A stretch of DNA of 53,335 nt from the NCBI GenBank assembly GCA_050738535.1, contig JBOHZT010000001.1:1-53335 (forward strand), given 5' to 3'. This document shows positions 1 through 9,579 of this stretch, piece after piece; position 1 is the first letter of the stretch, and each line of letters starts with the position of its first letter. The DNA comes from Steroidobacteraceae bacterium (GTDB taxonomy: Bacteria; Pseudomonadota; Gammaproteobacteria; Steroidobacterales; Steroidobacteraceae). Both the position numbers and the translations under genes were made by a program. A model generated the notes under the pieces. That model ran no database searches and was not told the DNA's origin. It saw nothing but the letters and a program-made list of their open reading frames with translations.

Positions 1-96
1 ATCTGGGTCTATCCGCTCACCGGCAACTTCCGCCGACAGCTCTGCGCCAATTAGATCCAGCCGCTGTTGGTCATAAAATGCCAGGCCCGTTACGCC

Positions 97-486
97 TCAG
101 ATAATTGTGTGGAATAGAAAGGCCTCATACCCATAGCCGCGGCGCCAGTGCGGAACGAAAGTGAAATACGCCAGATGGGCCGATGAGTCCGGGCCGATGG
201 TGACCTGAATCTGGGCGACGTATTCGCCGTTTGATTTCTCGCGTGCGAACCAATTGAGCCACTCTTCGCTGCCATCGGGAGAGTGCCGGGCGGCCAGCTT
301 CCCGTAACGCTCCTCCAGGCTGAGCAGCTCGGTGGGCGGCTCGAAGGGCATGAAAGTGTAGAGGCGCTCGTCCTGCCAGAGCGCAAATGTTCGGGCGGCG
401 TGCCGCGGCAGAAGCACCTCGAGCACGAGGCGCTCGCTTTCCAAAGTCGGCTGAGAATCGAATTCGACGAATTGCTCCTGGCTCAT
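97..486 (-). CDS. GNAT-family N-acetyltransferase, apparently cut short by an in-frame TGA
   Basis: Within ORF 97..909(-). The plausible start is MSQEQF (ATG at 486). There is an acetyl-CoA motif-A-like 'RRGYGYEA' near the end. The product is only 129 aa, and the same frame stays open past the TGA (97-99) to the window edge. Confidence 0.55.
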   Translation of the reverse strand: MSQEQFVEFDSQPTLESERLVLEVLLPRHAARTFALWQDERLYTFMPFEPPTELLSLEERYGKLAARHSPDGSEEWLNWFAREKSNGEYVAQIQVTIGPDSSAHLAYFTFVPHWRRGYGYEAFLFHTII

Positions 487-920
487 TCGGCGCTCCCGAG
501 CAGCCGGAGCGGCAAGAACGTGCCGTCCGGGAACGACCTTGCCGTCGCTGGAATCAAATCTCGGATCTTCGAGCGCGGCTCTAGGAACTCGGCGGATGGC
601 GGAGAATTTCGCGTATTCCACCGATTTGCCACTGGAGAATATCAATCCGTTGATCGACGGAACCGGGCCTGTGACATACGATGCGACCGGCCAGCCCGTT
701 ACGGCGGCAAGCCAGACTGCCTTCAATGCCGAAGCGACGCGGCTCCGCCAAGGTAGACGATAACGCGTCCGGGAGCTACAAGACGCTCTTCGACTGGACC
801 CGCGTTTCGGGCGCCATGAACTCGGCAGTGCAGAACATGGCATCATCCGCCGCGTAGATGGAGGTCGAACTCGGCGCCGTTGCGCCTCGGCAATGAAGAG
901 TCTATACACTTGATGGCGGC

Positions 921-2072
921 ATGACGGCGTTCCGGACCAAGCACCTTCTATTCACCATCGTAGGCTTAGCGGCGGCGGCCATCATCATCATCATCTGGAT
1001 CGCCGCTGTACGCATCGACCGCACGCCGGCCGCGGTGTCGCGATCCGCGGCCATCACGAATCCGGACGTGAGCGCCGGCACTGTGCTCGGGGATACACCG
1101 GCACCGGCCTTCACTCTTGTCGATCAGAACGGTCGACCGACGTCGCTCCGCGACTTTCGCGGCAAGGTCGTCGTCCTGGCCTTCGTGGATTCGCACTGCA
1201 CGACCGTCTGCCCGCTGATGACCGAGAGTATGACGCAGGCGCTGCGCCTGCTCGGACCCGCGGCATCCCAGGTACAGCTTCTCGGTATCGATGCCAATCC
1301 TCTTGCGACTCGGGTCGCGGACGTAGCCGCATACACCCGAGCCCATCACATGCAGGGCAGTTGGCGATTCCTCACGGGCTCATTGCCCGAGCTCACCCAC
1401 GTCTGGCGCGCCTATCACGTGTACGTCGCAGCCGTGCACAACGATATCGATCATCAGCCGGTCATCGTGCTGATCGACGGGCACGGCCGCGAGCGAACCC
1501 TCTATTTCACCCAGATGAGCTACGAAGGCGTCTTGCAGCAGGCTGAACTGCTGGCGGAGGGCATATCGCGGCTGCTGCCGAGCCATCCGTCCGTCCACGA
1601 TATCGTCCCGCTCGAGTACATTCCGGCCCTCGAGCCGACGGACGTTGTTCGGCTGCCCGGCCTTGGAAAACGGGCCGAGTCGGTCGTTCTCGGCAAAGGT
1701 CATCCTCACCTCCTGCTATTCTTCGCTGGATGGCTCGCCGAGGACTCGGACGTGCACAGCGGGCTCGCGGCGCTCGATGGCTACGCGACGCTCGCGCGCC
1801 AGCACGGCTGGCCGACACCAGCAGCGATCAACGAGCTCGCGACGGAGGGTTCGGACACCGTTGCGCGGCAGGCGATTGCCCACCTCGCTGCGAGGATCCG
1901 TACGCCCATCGTGGAGGATGCGCAAGGCCGTCTGGGCGATGGATACGGCGTTCAGGACCTCCCATGGTTCGTGCTGACTTCATCATCAGGGCGCATTCTG
2001 TGGCACCACGATGGCTGGCTGTCCTCGCAGAGGCTCGCCGCAAAGGTTGGCGAGCTGCTGCACGCCGGCTGA
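921..2072 (+). CDS. SCO1/SenC-type thioredoxin-fold protein (membrane-anchored) fused to a second Cys-less TlpA-like domain
   Basis: N-terminal TM helix (LFTIVGLAAAAIIIIIWIAAV). CxxxCP motif 'CTTVCP' with a downstream 'IDHQPVIVLIDGHG', typical of SCO copper chaperones. The C-terminal half (HLLLFFAGW...LPWFVLTSSSGRILW) looks like a redoxin fold without Cys. Confidence 0.65.
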   Translation: MTAFRTKHLLFTIVGLAAAAIIIIIWIAAVRIDRTPAAVSRSAAITNPDVSAGTVLGDTPAPAFTLVDQNGRPTSLRDFRGKVVVLAFVDSHCTTVCPLMTESMTQALRLLGPAASQVQLLGIDANPLATRVADVAAYTRAHHMQGSWRFLTGSLPELTHVWRAYHVYVAAVHNDIDHQPVIVLIDGHGRERTLYFTQMSYEGVLQQAELLAEGISRLLPSHPSVHDIVPLEYIPALEPTDVVRLPGLGKRAESVVLGKGHPHLLLFFAGWLAEDSDVHSGLAALDGYATLARQHGWPTPAAINELATEGSDTVARQAIAHLAARIRTPIVEDAQGRLGDGYGVQDLPWFVLTSSSGRILWHHDGWLSSQRLAAKVGELLHAG

Positions 2073-2119
2073 TGCGAGTCTGAGGACCCCGCTGATCATG
2101 GCAAGCTCCGCCGGAACGA

Positions 2120-3487
2120 TCACGCTGGCCGGACCGTGGCCCCGGCGACCGATTCCGCCTCGGCGAGATCGAATACCTTCGAGTCTACTTTCAGGTAGGC
2201 CAATCCCTCCTCCGGGACGACGAGCGCCTCCGCGACGCCAGGTACGTGGCGAAGTCGCACCGAGAGCCCGTCTGCGTCCGCAGCGCAGCGTTCACCCACT
2301 CGCACCACCCGCGTAGTGAGATGACTCGGCTGGCGCATGGTCCCGGCGATGAACAGCCATAGCACCGCGAGCGCGCAGGCAACGAAGAACACCCCGACGG
2401 CGCCGTCGTGCTGATTCACCCAGCCGCCGGCGACACCGCCGACGAAGATACCGATGAATTGCGAGCTGGAGTAGATGCCCGTTGCCGTTCCCGTGGAACC
2501 GGAGGGCGCCGTCTTCGTGACCAGCGACGGCAAGCTGGCCTCCATGACATTGAAGCCGGCGAAGAACAGCGTGAGGGCGGTAATTAGAACGTAGACGTCG
2601 TGGCCGGCTAGCGCGAGCAGGAGCTGACTGACGGCGAGTGTTCCGACCCCGCCGACGAGCACGGTCTTCATGCGCCGGTACCGCTCGGCGACGATGATCG
2701 CCGGCACCATGATGACCACTGAAGCCAGCAGGACGGGCAAGTAGACGAACCATTGGTCGCGACTCCCCACCCCGAGCGTTCCATGCAGGAGGTCCGGCAC
2801 GACCAGAAAACTGGCCGTGAGCATGGCGTGCAGCGCGAAAATGCCGAAGTCGAGGCGCAGGAGCTCCGGATTGCGCAGCGTCGAGCCGAGCAGCGCGGGG
2901 ATTGGCTCTGCCTCGCGGTGAACACGCAGTCGGCGGGGCTTGGGAACCACGAAGGACGTGATGGCGATGCCGACCACTGCAAGTACGGCCATCAGCCAGA
3001 ATATGCCGCTGATGCCAATCCAACCCGCGACCGCCGGTCCGGTCACGATGGCGACGAGGAAGGAGAAGCCGATCGTCATGCCTACCAGGGCCATCGCCTT
3101 TGTGCGGTTCTCCTCCGCCGTGAGATCCGCAGTCAGTGCGAGGATCACCGAGCCGACCGCCCCGGCCCCCTGCAATAGACGACCCCAGATGATGCCGTCG
3201 ATCGATTGCGCGCTCGCGGCGACGGCACTGCCGAGCCCAAAGAGTATCAAGCCGAAAACGATCATGGTCTTGCGCCCGACGCGGTCCGAGAGCAGCCCGA
3301 ACGGCACCTGCAGTAGTCCCTGGCTGAGCCCATAAATGCCGAGCGCGAGCCCGATTTTGTAGGGAGTCGCGCCTGAGAATTGTCGCGCGAGCGCCGCAAA
3401 TACCGGGTAGATCATGAAAAGACCCAGCATACGTACGGAGAACACCGAAGCCAGCGATATGGCGGCACGAAGCTCTCGTTTTTGCAT
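2120..3487 (-). CDS. yajR: MFS transporter, YajR family, with C-terminal YAM (ferredoxin-like) domain
   Basis: 455 aa. Near-collinear similarity to E. coli YajR as I recall it (SVFSVRMLGLFM..., IGLALGIYGLSQGLLQVPFGLLSDRVGRK, ENRTKAMA). The soluble C-terminal tail is '...EEGLAYLKVDSKVFDLAEAE'. Confidence 0.85.
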   Translation of the reverse strand: MQKRELRAAISLASVFSVRMLGLFMIYPVFAALARQFSGATPYKIGLALGIYGLSQGLLQVPFGLLSDRVGRKTMIVFGLILFGLGSAVAASAQSIDGIIWGRLLQGAGAVGSVILALTADLTAEENRTKAMALVGMTIGFSFLVAIVTGPAVAGWIGISGIFWLMAVLAVVGIAITSFVVPKPRRLRVHREAEPIPALLGSTLRNPELLRLDFGIFALHAMLTASFLVVPDLLHGTLGVGSRDQWFVYLPVLLASVVIMVPAIIVAERYRRMKTVLVGGVGTLAVSQLLLALAGHDVYVLITALTLFFAGFNVMEASLPSLVTKTAPSGSTGTATGIYSSSQFIGIFVGGVAGGWVNQHDGAVGVFFVACALAVLWLFIAGTMRQPSHLTTRVVRVGERCAADADGLSVRLRHVPGVAEALVVPEEGLAYLKVDSKVFDLAEAESVAGATVRPA

Positions 3488-3499
3488 CGTCTAAGGTCC

Positions 3500-4951
3500 T
3501 CAAGCTCCCGGCGGCGGCACCGGTTTCGTCCGCAGAAATCCTCCAGGCGGCAGGGCCGCGACTGCGAAGTAGTTACTCTTCGCGAGTGCCTCGTAGAGGG
3601 GAGGGGTGAAGAAGGCGGCTATACGCGAGGCGACGAGCGCCGTCGCCATCATCGGAATGACCATCCCGGTGCCGTTGGTCATCTCCATCACGATGACGAA
3701 GGAGGTGATCGGCGATTGGGTGACCGCGGCGAGATATCCCGTCATGCAAAGTGCGATCACGGCCGCCATCGGTGCCCAGGCAAAGGCAGCGTGTACCCAC
3801 TGAGCAAGACCCGCCCCGATCGACAACGTCGGTGAGAAGAGCCCGCCGGGGATTCCGGCCATGTAGCTCACGACCATGGCGCCCCATTTGGTGACCGCAT
3901 AGCCTTCCGAGAGCGGCGCCGTACCCGTGAGCAGGTGGCGCGCCTGATCGTAGCCGCTGCCCCAGGTTTCACCGTGAGTGCAGACACCGAGCGCGGCCAC
4001 CACGATTCCGATGACGAGCGCATAGAGCAAGGGCTGGCGCGCACGCAGCGCAATGAGCCAGTTGGGCATCCAGGTGCGCCAGCGCAGAAGAGTCAGGTTG
4101 AACGCCGCGCCGAACAGGCCGCAGAGCACCGCCGACAGGACTACCGGCAGGACAAACGCGCCGCCCAAATCCTCGGGCACGTTGATCTGGCCGAAATAGA
4201 GGTAGTTGCCCGCCAACGCGAGCGAGGTGAGGCCGGAGAACACCACGGCCGTGATCATGATGCCGTTGGTGCGGCTTTCGAAATCGCGCGCGAGTTCCTC
4301 GATGGCGAAGATGATGCCGGCGAGCGGTGTATTGAACGCGGCCGACAGCCCCGCCGCCGCGCCGGCGAGCAGCAGCCGGCGTTCGAGCTGCGCGCTGTGG
4401 CGCGGATAGACCCGCCGCGTTTCCGCCATGATTGCCGCGCCGATGTGCACCGTGGGTCCCTCGCGGCCGATGGTGAGGCCGCCGAGCAAACCGATCAGTG
4501 AAACTGCGATCTTCCCGACGATTACGCGCAGGCCGAACAGGCGCCGCATCAGCGCGTCTTTTCCCTGCACGCGTGGCGCATGGAGCGCGGCAATCACCTG
4601 CGGGATGCCGCTGCCTTCGCTGCCCGTGAACCAGCGCTGGGTCAGGAATACCGCCAGAGCGGTTAGCGCAGGCGTGATCAGGAATGCAAGCCAGGAGCGG
4701 CCGGCGATCCACCCAATAAAAATATCGGAGGCATTCGTGCTCAGGTCGGTGTACAGGACCGAGACCAGGCCGACGAGCAGCGCCGCTCCCCAGGGAAGGC
4801 CCACCTGCAGGAAGAGCCTCCGCGACTGCACGCCGAGCAGCCGACGCCTCGCCCGCTCGCGAAGCCTCTCCCGTGGACCCCCTGCCGCGCTCTCCGGCGA
4901 GCCTGTCCCGAGTCCGTCCGAGTGCGGTTTTGAGCGCCGCCACCAATTCAT
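3500..4951 (-). CDS. ClC-family voltage-gated chloride channel / H+-Cl- antiporter
   Basis: ClC selectivity motifs 'GSGIPQV', 'GREGPTV' and 'GIPGGLFSPT'. Polytopic membrane protein of 483 aa. Confidence 0.85.
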   Translation of the reverse strand: MNWWRRSKPHSDGLGTGSPESAAGGPRERLRERARRRLLGVQSRRLFLQVGLPWGAALLVGLVSVLYTDLSTNASDIFIGWIAGRSWLAFLITPALTALAVFLTQRWFTGSEGSGIPQVIAALHAPRVQGKDALMRRLFGLRVIVGKIAVSLIGLLGGLTIGREGPTVHIGAAIMAETRRVYPRHSAQLERRLLLAGAAAGLSAAFNTPLAGIIFAIEELARDFESRTNGIMITAVVFSGLTSLALAGNYLYFGQINVPEDLGGAFVLPVVLSAVLCGLFGAAFNLTLLRWRTWMPNWLIALRARQPLLYALVIGIVVAALGVCTHGETWGSGYDQARHLLTGTAPLSEGYAVTKWGAMVVSYMAGIPGGLFSPTLSIGAGLAQWVHAAFAWAPMAAVIALCMTGYLAAVTQSPITSFVIVMEMTNGTGMVIPMMATALVASRIAAFFTPPLYEALAKSNYFAVAALPPGGFLRTKPVPPPGA

Positions 4952-5069
4952 CGACGGTTCCTCGATGGTGTGCCGCCAGTGGCGTGAGACTTGCTACCGA
5001 GCCGCCGCATTTTAAAACATATTTGGCCAAATATACCAGCTCGCCACGGTGTCAAGGTCAACCTTCGAG

Positions 5070-5585
5070 CTACTCGCCGAGGAGCGTCTCCCCGGCCGCC
5101 CGTGCCGTCGTGCGGCGCATGAGCTGGAGCAGCTTCGCGAGATCCCGGCGCATTCGCCGCAGATGGCGCAGATCGATTTTTCGCAGAGCATCGACCAGAA
5201 ACCCCGGATGAGGACCTGGCGATTGCGATAGTATTCGGCGGCCCTCCGCGGTCACGTGAAGATGAACGAAACGTCGGTCCGATTCGTCGCGCACACGCCG
5301 GATGAGGCTCTTCTTCACCAGTGCGTTCGCGAGATTGCTTGCGGTCGCTTGATGTAGCGCCATGCGCCGGGCGAGATCGTTCATACTCATGTCGTCCTCT
5401 CGTGCGATCTCCGAGAGGGCCCAGAGTTGTGAGCCCGAGATGGCCACGGATCTGCGCACCTGCGCGTCATGCCAGCGGGCAGAGGCGTAGATCAGCCGCA
5501 GGTTCTGCAGCGCCTGAAGCTCGGCGACGTTCCTCGGGGAGGCATCAGCTCTGTTACCCGCCTGTATGCCGCCCTTCGGCTTCAA
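5070..5585 (-). CDS. MarR-family transcriptional regulator
   Basis: Winged-helix core 'MSMNDLARRMALHQATASNLANALVKKSLIRRVRDESDRRFVHLHVTAEGRRIL'. Divergent from the cls locus. Confidence 0.85.
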   Translation of the reverse strand: MKPKGGIQAGNRADASPRNVAELQALQNLRLIYASARWHDAQVRRSVAISGSQLWALSEIAREDDMSMNDLARRMALHQATASNLANALVKKSLIRRVRDESDRRFVHLHVTAEGRRILSQSPGPHPGFLVDALRKIDLRHLRRMRRDLAKLLQLMRRTTARAAGETLLGE

Positions 5586-5859
5586 GCCTTGCCTCCGTAC
5601 GCGACTCCCGGCCGATCGGCGCCCGGCCCGAGTGCCGCGGATGCGAGCAGCCGGCGCGATCGCCGTGCAACTCGATCAGCAGGCATACTCGTGAGGGGCG
5701 CCGGTATTGCTCGAGTCAACCAGTCGCACATTTCCCGCATTTGCTCCCTCAAGCATATCGATGAATGATATTGGCCCGTAGCTGAATTCGCCAGTGGGTG
5801 ATCGCGGCGCGAATCCGCAGCAGATCGTTCCCAACCATCAGACTCCACCGCACCGAGGA

Positions 5860-7357
5860 ATGGCGGGCGCCATGAACGTGACTCTCATATGGGCTCGTAA
5901 CCCTGTACACATAGTCTTCACGCTGGCGTTGATCGCGCTGCACCTGCTCGTCGCTGCGCGTGCGATCACGCGGCCCAACCGGATCCCCGCGTCGCGCGTC
6001 GCCTGGTTGGCGGTGATCATGTTCCTGCCGGCGCTGGGCGTGATCACCTAACTGGTGTTGGGCGAGTCCAGCATCGGTCGCGAGCGGCTCAAACGCCTGA
6101 ACGCGGCTCGGGCGCGGATGTCGCTGCCCGACGCCGCACCGTACGCGCCCGCTGTCGTGGACGCGCGCACCGCGACCTTGTTCGCGTTTGGCCGTTCGAT
6201 CAACGGCTTCGAGCCGGTAGAGGGTAACCGTATCACGTTGTTGGGCGACCCAGCAGCGCCCATCGATGCTCCGATGCGGGATTCCGACATCGCTATGAAC
6301 ACGCTGGTTGCGGATATCGAGCAGGCCCGTGAGCACGTTCACATCGGCTTCTACATCTGGCTCGATCACCGCAACGGTGGCAAGGTCGCCGACGCGGTAT
6401 GCGCCGCCGCACGCCGCGGGGTGTCGTGCCGGGTCATGGTGGACGCATTGGGCTCGCGCGACCTTATCCGCTCTCCGCGGTGGCGCCAGTTGCGAGCGGC
6501 CGGCGTGCGCACGCTGGCGACGCTGGACGACATTCCCCGTCTCGGGCATTTCGCGGTCGGCCGTCCGGATCTGCGTAATCACCGTAAAATCGTCGTAATC
6601 GATAACCGTATCACCTATTGCGGCAGCCAAAACTGCGCCGCCCCACAGTTCCGCGTAGCGCCCAAGTTCGCGCCCTGGGTGGATATTTTCCTGCGCTGCG
6701 AGGGACCCGTTGCGCGGCAGGCGCAGTACTTGTTCCTCGGCGCCTGGATTGCCGAAGCGGGTGAACGGCTGGAAGCCTTGCCGTCGGCACCCCCGGCGTC
6801 TGAACACATCGAGCCGGGCGTGACGGCGCAGATGTTTGGGCCTGGCCCGGCCACCTACGGCAATGCGATGTCGGACATGTTCGTCGCCGTCGTGTGCGCC
6901 GCGCGCGAAGAACTGCTCGTCACGACGCCGTACTTCGCGCCCGACGAGGCGCTGCTGCGCACGCTGTGCGCGGCGCCGCGTCGATACCACCATCGTATTT
7001 CCGGCACGTAACAATTCCTGGCTCGTCGCCAGCACATGCCGCAGCGTGTACGCCGATCTGCTCTCCTGCGGTGTGCTGGTGTACGAATACCCGCTGGGCT
7101 TGCTGCACTCGAAGTCCATGACGCTGGATGGAGAGGTCGCGCTGGTCGGTTCGGCCAACATGGATCGTCGCAGCCTAGAGCTGAATTTCGAAAACAACCT
7201 GCTAATCGTCGACCGCGATGCCACGGCGGCGATTCGCCGGCGGCAGCTCGGCTATCTGGCGACATCGCAATCGGTTTCCATCGACGCGGTTCGCGCGTGG
7301 CCGTTTCACAAGCGCCTCGTTCAAAACGCAATCGGCATGATGACCCCGATTCTATAG
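5860..7357 (+). pseudogene. cls: Cardiolipin synthase (ClsA-type, two HKD motifs) interrupted by an in-frame TAA and a frameshift
   Basis: Three collinear ORF pieces: 5794..6051, 6055..7011 (same frame, separated only by TAA at 6049-6051, '...LPALGVIT*LVLGESSIGRER') and 6836..7357 (a different frame). HKD motifs are 'NHRKIVVIDN' and 'LHSKSMTLDGEVALVGSANMDRRS'. The frame switch lies near 6975-6985 ('AAPRR|VDTTIVFP', where the family has RGVD). Confidence 0.75.
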
Positions 7358-7430
7358 ATACGATTCGTCGTGGATCGGGTCAATGCCTCGCCGGCCGCCG
7401 GACGGAAACGTTACACCCGGCGCTGACGAT

Positions 7431-7830
7431 TTACTCCTTCTCGGCGACAGAGAGCACGACGGCTGCTTCGGTCGTCAGCAGCCGGAACGTGAAGGTCTCC
7501 AGCAAATACAGCTCGACGGCCGAGCCGGAATGGCTGGAATACCCGATCGAGACGTCCCGGCCGATATCGAGCTCGAAGTCGCCGGTGCGGGTCGTCAACA
7601 CGAGCCCGCCCTTGATGGCGGGGGGCCCAGATGATCTCACCGTCGATCTCGCGCTCGAGGTGCTGAAATACCGGGTAGCCTTCGTCGCTTGCCCCGCTCG
7701 CCGTCGTCGATCGCCTGCCGCGCCAACCGAAGAGGGACGCGCAGCTCCACGATTGCTTTCGCTTCGCGCTGCGCGGCTTCGATCCCGTCGAAGCAGGAGG
7801 CTGCCGAGCCGTTGCGATGTTCGCAGTCCC
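7431..7830 (-). pseudogene. Family-1 encapsulin (Linocin_M18) shell protein remnant, internally deleted and frameshifted
   Basis: Three minus-strand frames each carry one piece. 'GIEAAQREAKAIVELRVPLRLARQAIDDGERG' is the N-terminal third. 'SDEGYPVFQHLEREIDGEIIWAP' and then 'PIKGGLVLTTRTGDFELDIGRDVSIGYSSHSGSAVELYLLETFTFRLLTTEAAVVLS' are C-terminal. All match M. tuberculosis Cfp29-type encapsulin as recalled. The middle ~90 aa are missing, and there is an extra C in a C-run at about 7622-7627. Confidence 0.7.
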
Positions 7831-8248
7831 GTGGTGCCGTCGCCGCGGCGCTGCATTGAATGCAGCCATGGGTTGGCGTGAGGCATGATTTTGACTATCA
7901 TGGCTCGAGAAATAGGCACACACCGGCGAACGGGTGACATAAGCGCCCGGAGGGCAGGACGCCCCGAGCTCCGCGAGCGTCCGAGCCTCTCGACGGCACG
8001 CATTCTGCTCGCGAGCAATCGCGCCGTATGTTCGCGGGAATCGCGATTACACATGAGCCCGGTGCAACCCTCGTGAGAGGGGCCCCAAGCGGCTCTACGA
8101 CCCAAACGTCATCCGAAGAACGGATGGCAACCACGACCTTCCGGAAGGAAGGAGGCTTTAGCGACGACCGGATAATTTCCTCGGCGAACATCAGGCTTCC
8201 GCACCCGCACGATGTGGTGGCAGTTCGTTAAGAATGGGGGGCTTGCTG

Positions 8249-9565
8249 ATGACAATGAGGAAGCGCTCGCTCGCGCTGGCCATCATCGCCGCGGGTTTCG
8301 CGACACAGGCGTCCGCCGTGACGCTGACCATCGCCACCGTGAACAACGGTGACATGATCCGCATGCAGCAGCTCGCGAGCGACTTCGAGCGCGCGCATCC
8401 GGACATCAAACTGCGCTGGGTGACGCTCGAGGAGAACATCCTGCGCGAGCGCGTCACCATCGACGTCGCGACCCATAGCGGTCAGTACGACATCGTGACC
8501 GTCGGCAACTACGAGGTGCCGATCTGGGCCGCGCAGGGCTGGCTCGTGCCACTCGATGATCTCGGTCTGGAGTTCTCCGAGGACGACCTGCTGCCCGGCG
8601 TGCGTGAGTCCCTTTCCTGGCACGGCAAGCTCTACGCGGCGCCCTTCTACGCCGAGAGCGCGATCACCATGTATCGCACCGACCTGCTCATGCGGGCGGG
8701 ACTGACCATGCCTCACGATCCGACGTGGAAGTTCATCCGCAAGGCGGCGCGCAGGATCACCGACCGCCGTCACGGAATCTACGGGATCTGCCTGCGCGGC
8801 AAGGCGGGCTGGGGCGAGAACATGGCCTTCGTATCGGCGCTGGTGAATTCCTGGGGCGGGCGCTGGTTCGACATGAGATGGCGGCCGCAGCTGCGATCAC
8901 GGCCGTGGAAGCAGGCGGTATCGCTGTATGTAAAGCTGTTGAGGAAATACGGTCCACCGGGCGCCTCGACCGACGGCTTCAACGAAAATCTCGCGCTCTT
9001 CCAGGCCGGCAAGTGTGGCATCTGGATCGACGCTTCCGTTGCCGCATCCTTCATCACGGACCCCAAGCAGTCCAGGGTGGCCGATCGGGTGGGTTTCGCG
9101 CTCTTTCCGACGCGCGGCAAGCTGCACGACCACGGCAATTGGTTGTGGGCCTGGAGCTTCGTCATTCCGAAGGCGTCCCCCCACATCGCGGCGGCCAGGA
9201 CATTCATCGAGTGGGCGACCGGCAAGTCCTACGCGCCGCTCGCCGCGGCGCGGTTCGGCTGGGCGAACGTGCCTCCCGGAACGCGCCGGTCACTGTACGC
9301 GAACCCAGATTACCGGCGGGCGGCGCCCTTCTCGAGCCTGGTGCTCGAGGCCATCGAGGCCGCTGATACCCATCACCCTTCGGTGCTGCCGGTGCCCTAT
9401 GTGGGCGGCAATTTCGTCGCGATCGCCCCGTATCAAACCATCGGCACGGAGGTCGGCCAGCAGCTCTCGGCCGCCGTCGCCGGGCAGATTTCCGCGCGCA
9501 AGGCGCTCGCCAGCTCGCAGCGCATCGTCGTGCGCGAGATGACCCGCGCACAATACCTGCACTGA
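8249..9565 (+). CDS. mtlE: Polyol (mannitol/sorbitol-type) ABC transporter, periplasmic substrate-binding protein
   Basis: Signal peptide MRKRSLALAIIAAGFATQASA. Family-1 solute-binding protein. 'LTIATVNNGDMIRMQQL...LRWVTLEENILRERV' resembles MtlE/SmoE proteins as recalled. An alternative start exists at 8234. Confidence 0.75.
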   Translation: MTMRKRSLALAIIAAGFATQASAVTLTIATVNNGDMIRMQQLASDFERAHPDIKLRWVTLEENILRERVTIDVATHSGQYDIVTVGNYEVPIWAAQGWLVPLDDLGLEFSEDDLLPGVRESLSWHGKLYAAPFYAESAITMYRTDLLMRAGLTMPHDPTWKFIRKAARRITDRRHGIYGICLRGKAGWGENMAFVSALVNSWGGRWFDMRWRPQLRSRPWKQAVSLYVKLLRKYGPPGASTDGFNENLALFQAGKCGIWIDASVAASFITDPKQSRVADRVGFALFPTRGKLHDHGNWLWAWSFVIPKASPHIAAARTFIEWATGKSYAPLAAARFGWANVPPGTRRSLYANPDYRRAAPFSSLVLEAIEAADTHHPSVLPVPYVGGNFVAIAPYQTIGTEVGQQLSAAVAGQISARKALASSQRIVVREMTRAQYLH

Positions 9566-9579
9566 AGGACGCTGTAGCG

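Noticed and set aside
5749-7224. 491-aa ORF on the minus strand.
   Set aside because: It is antisense to the recognisable cardiolipin synthase frames. It is Arg/Ala-rich with no domain signature. This is a typical GC-driven shadow ORF.
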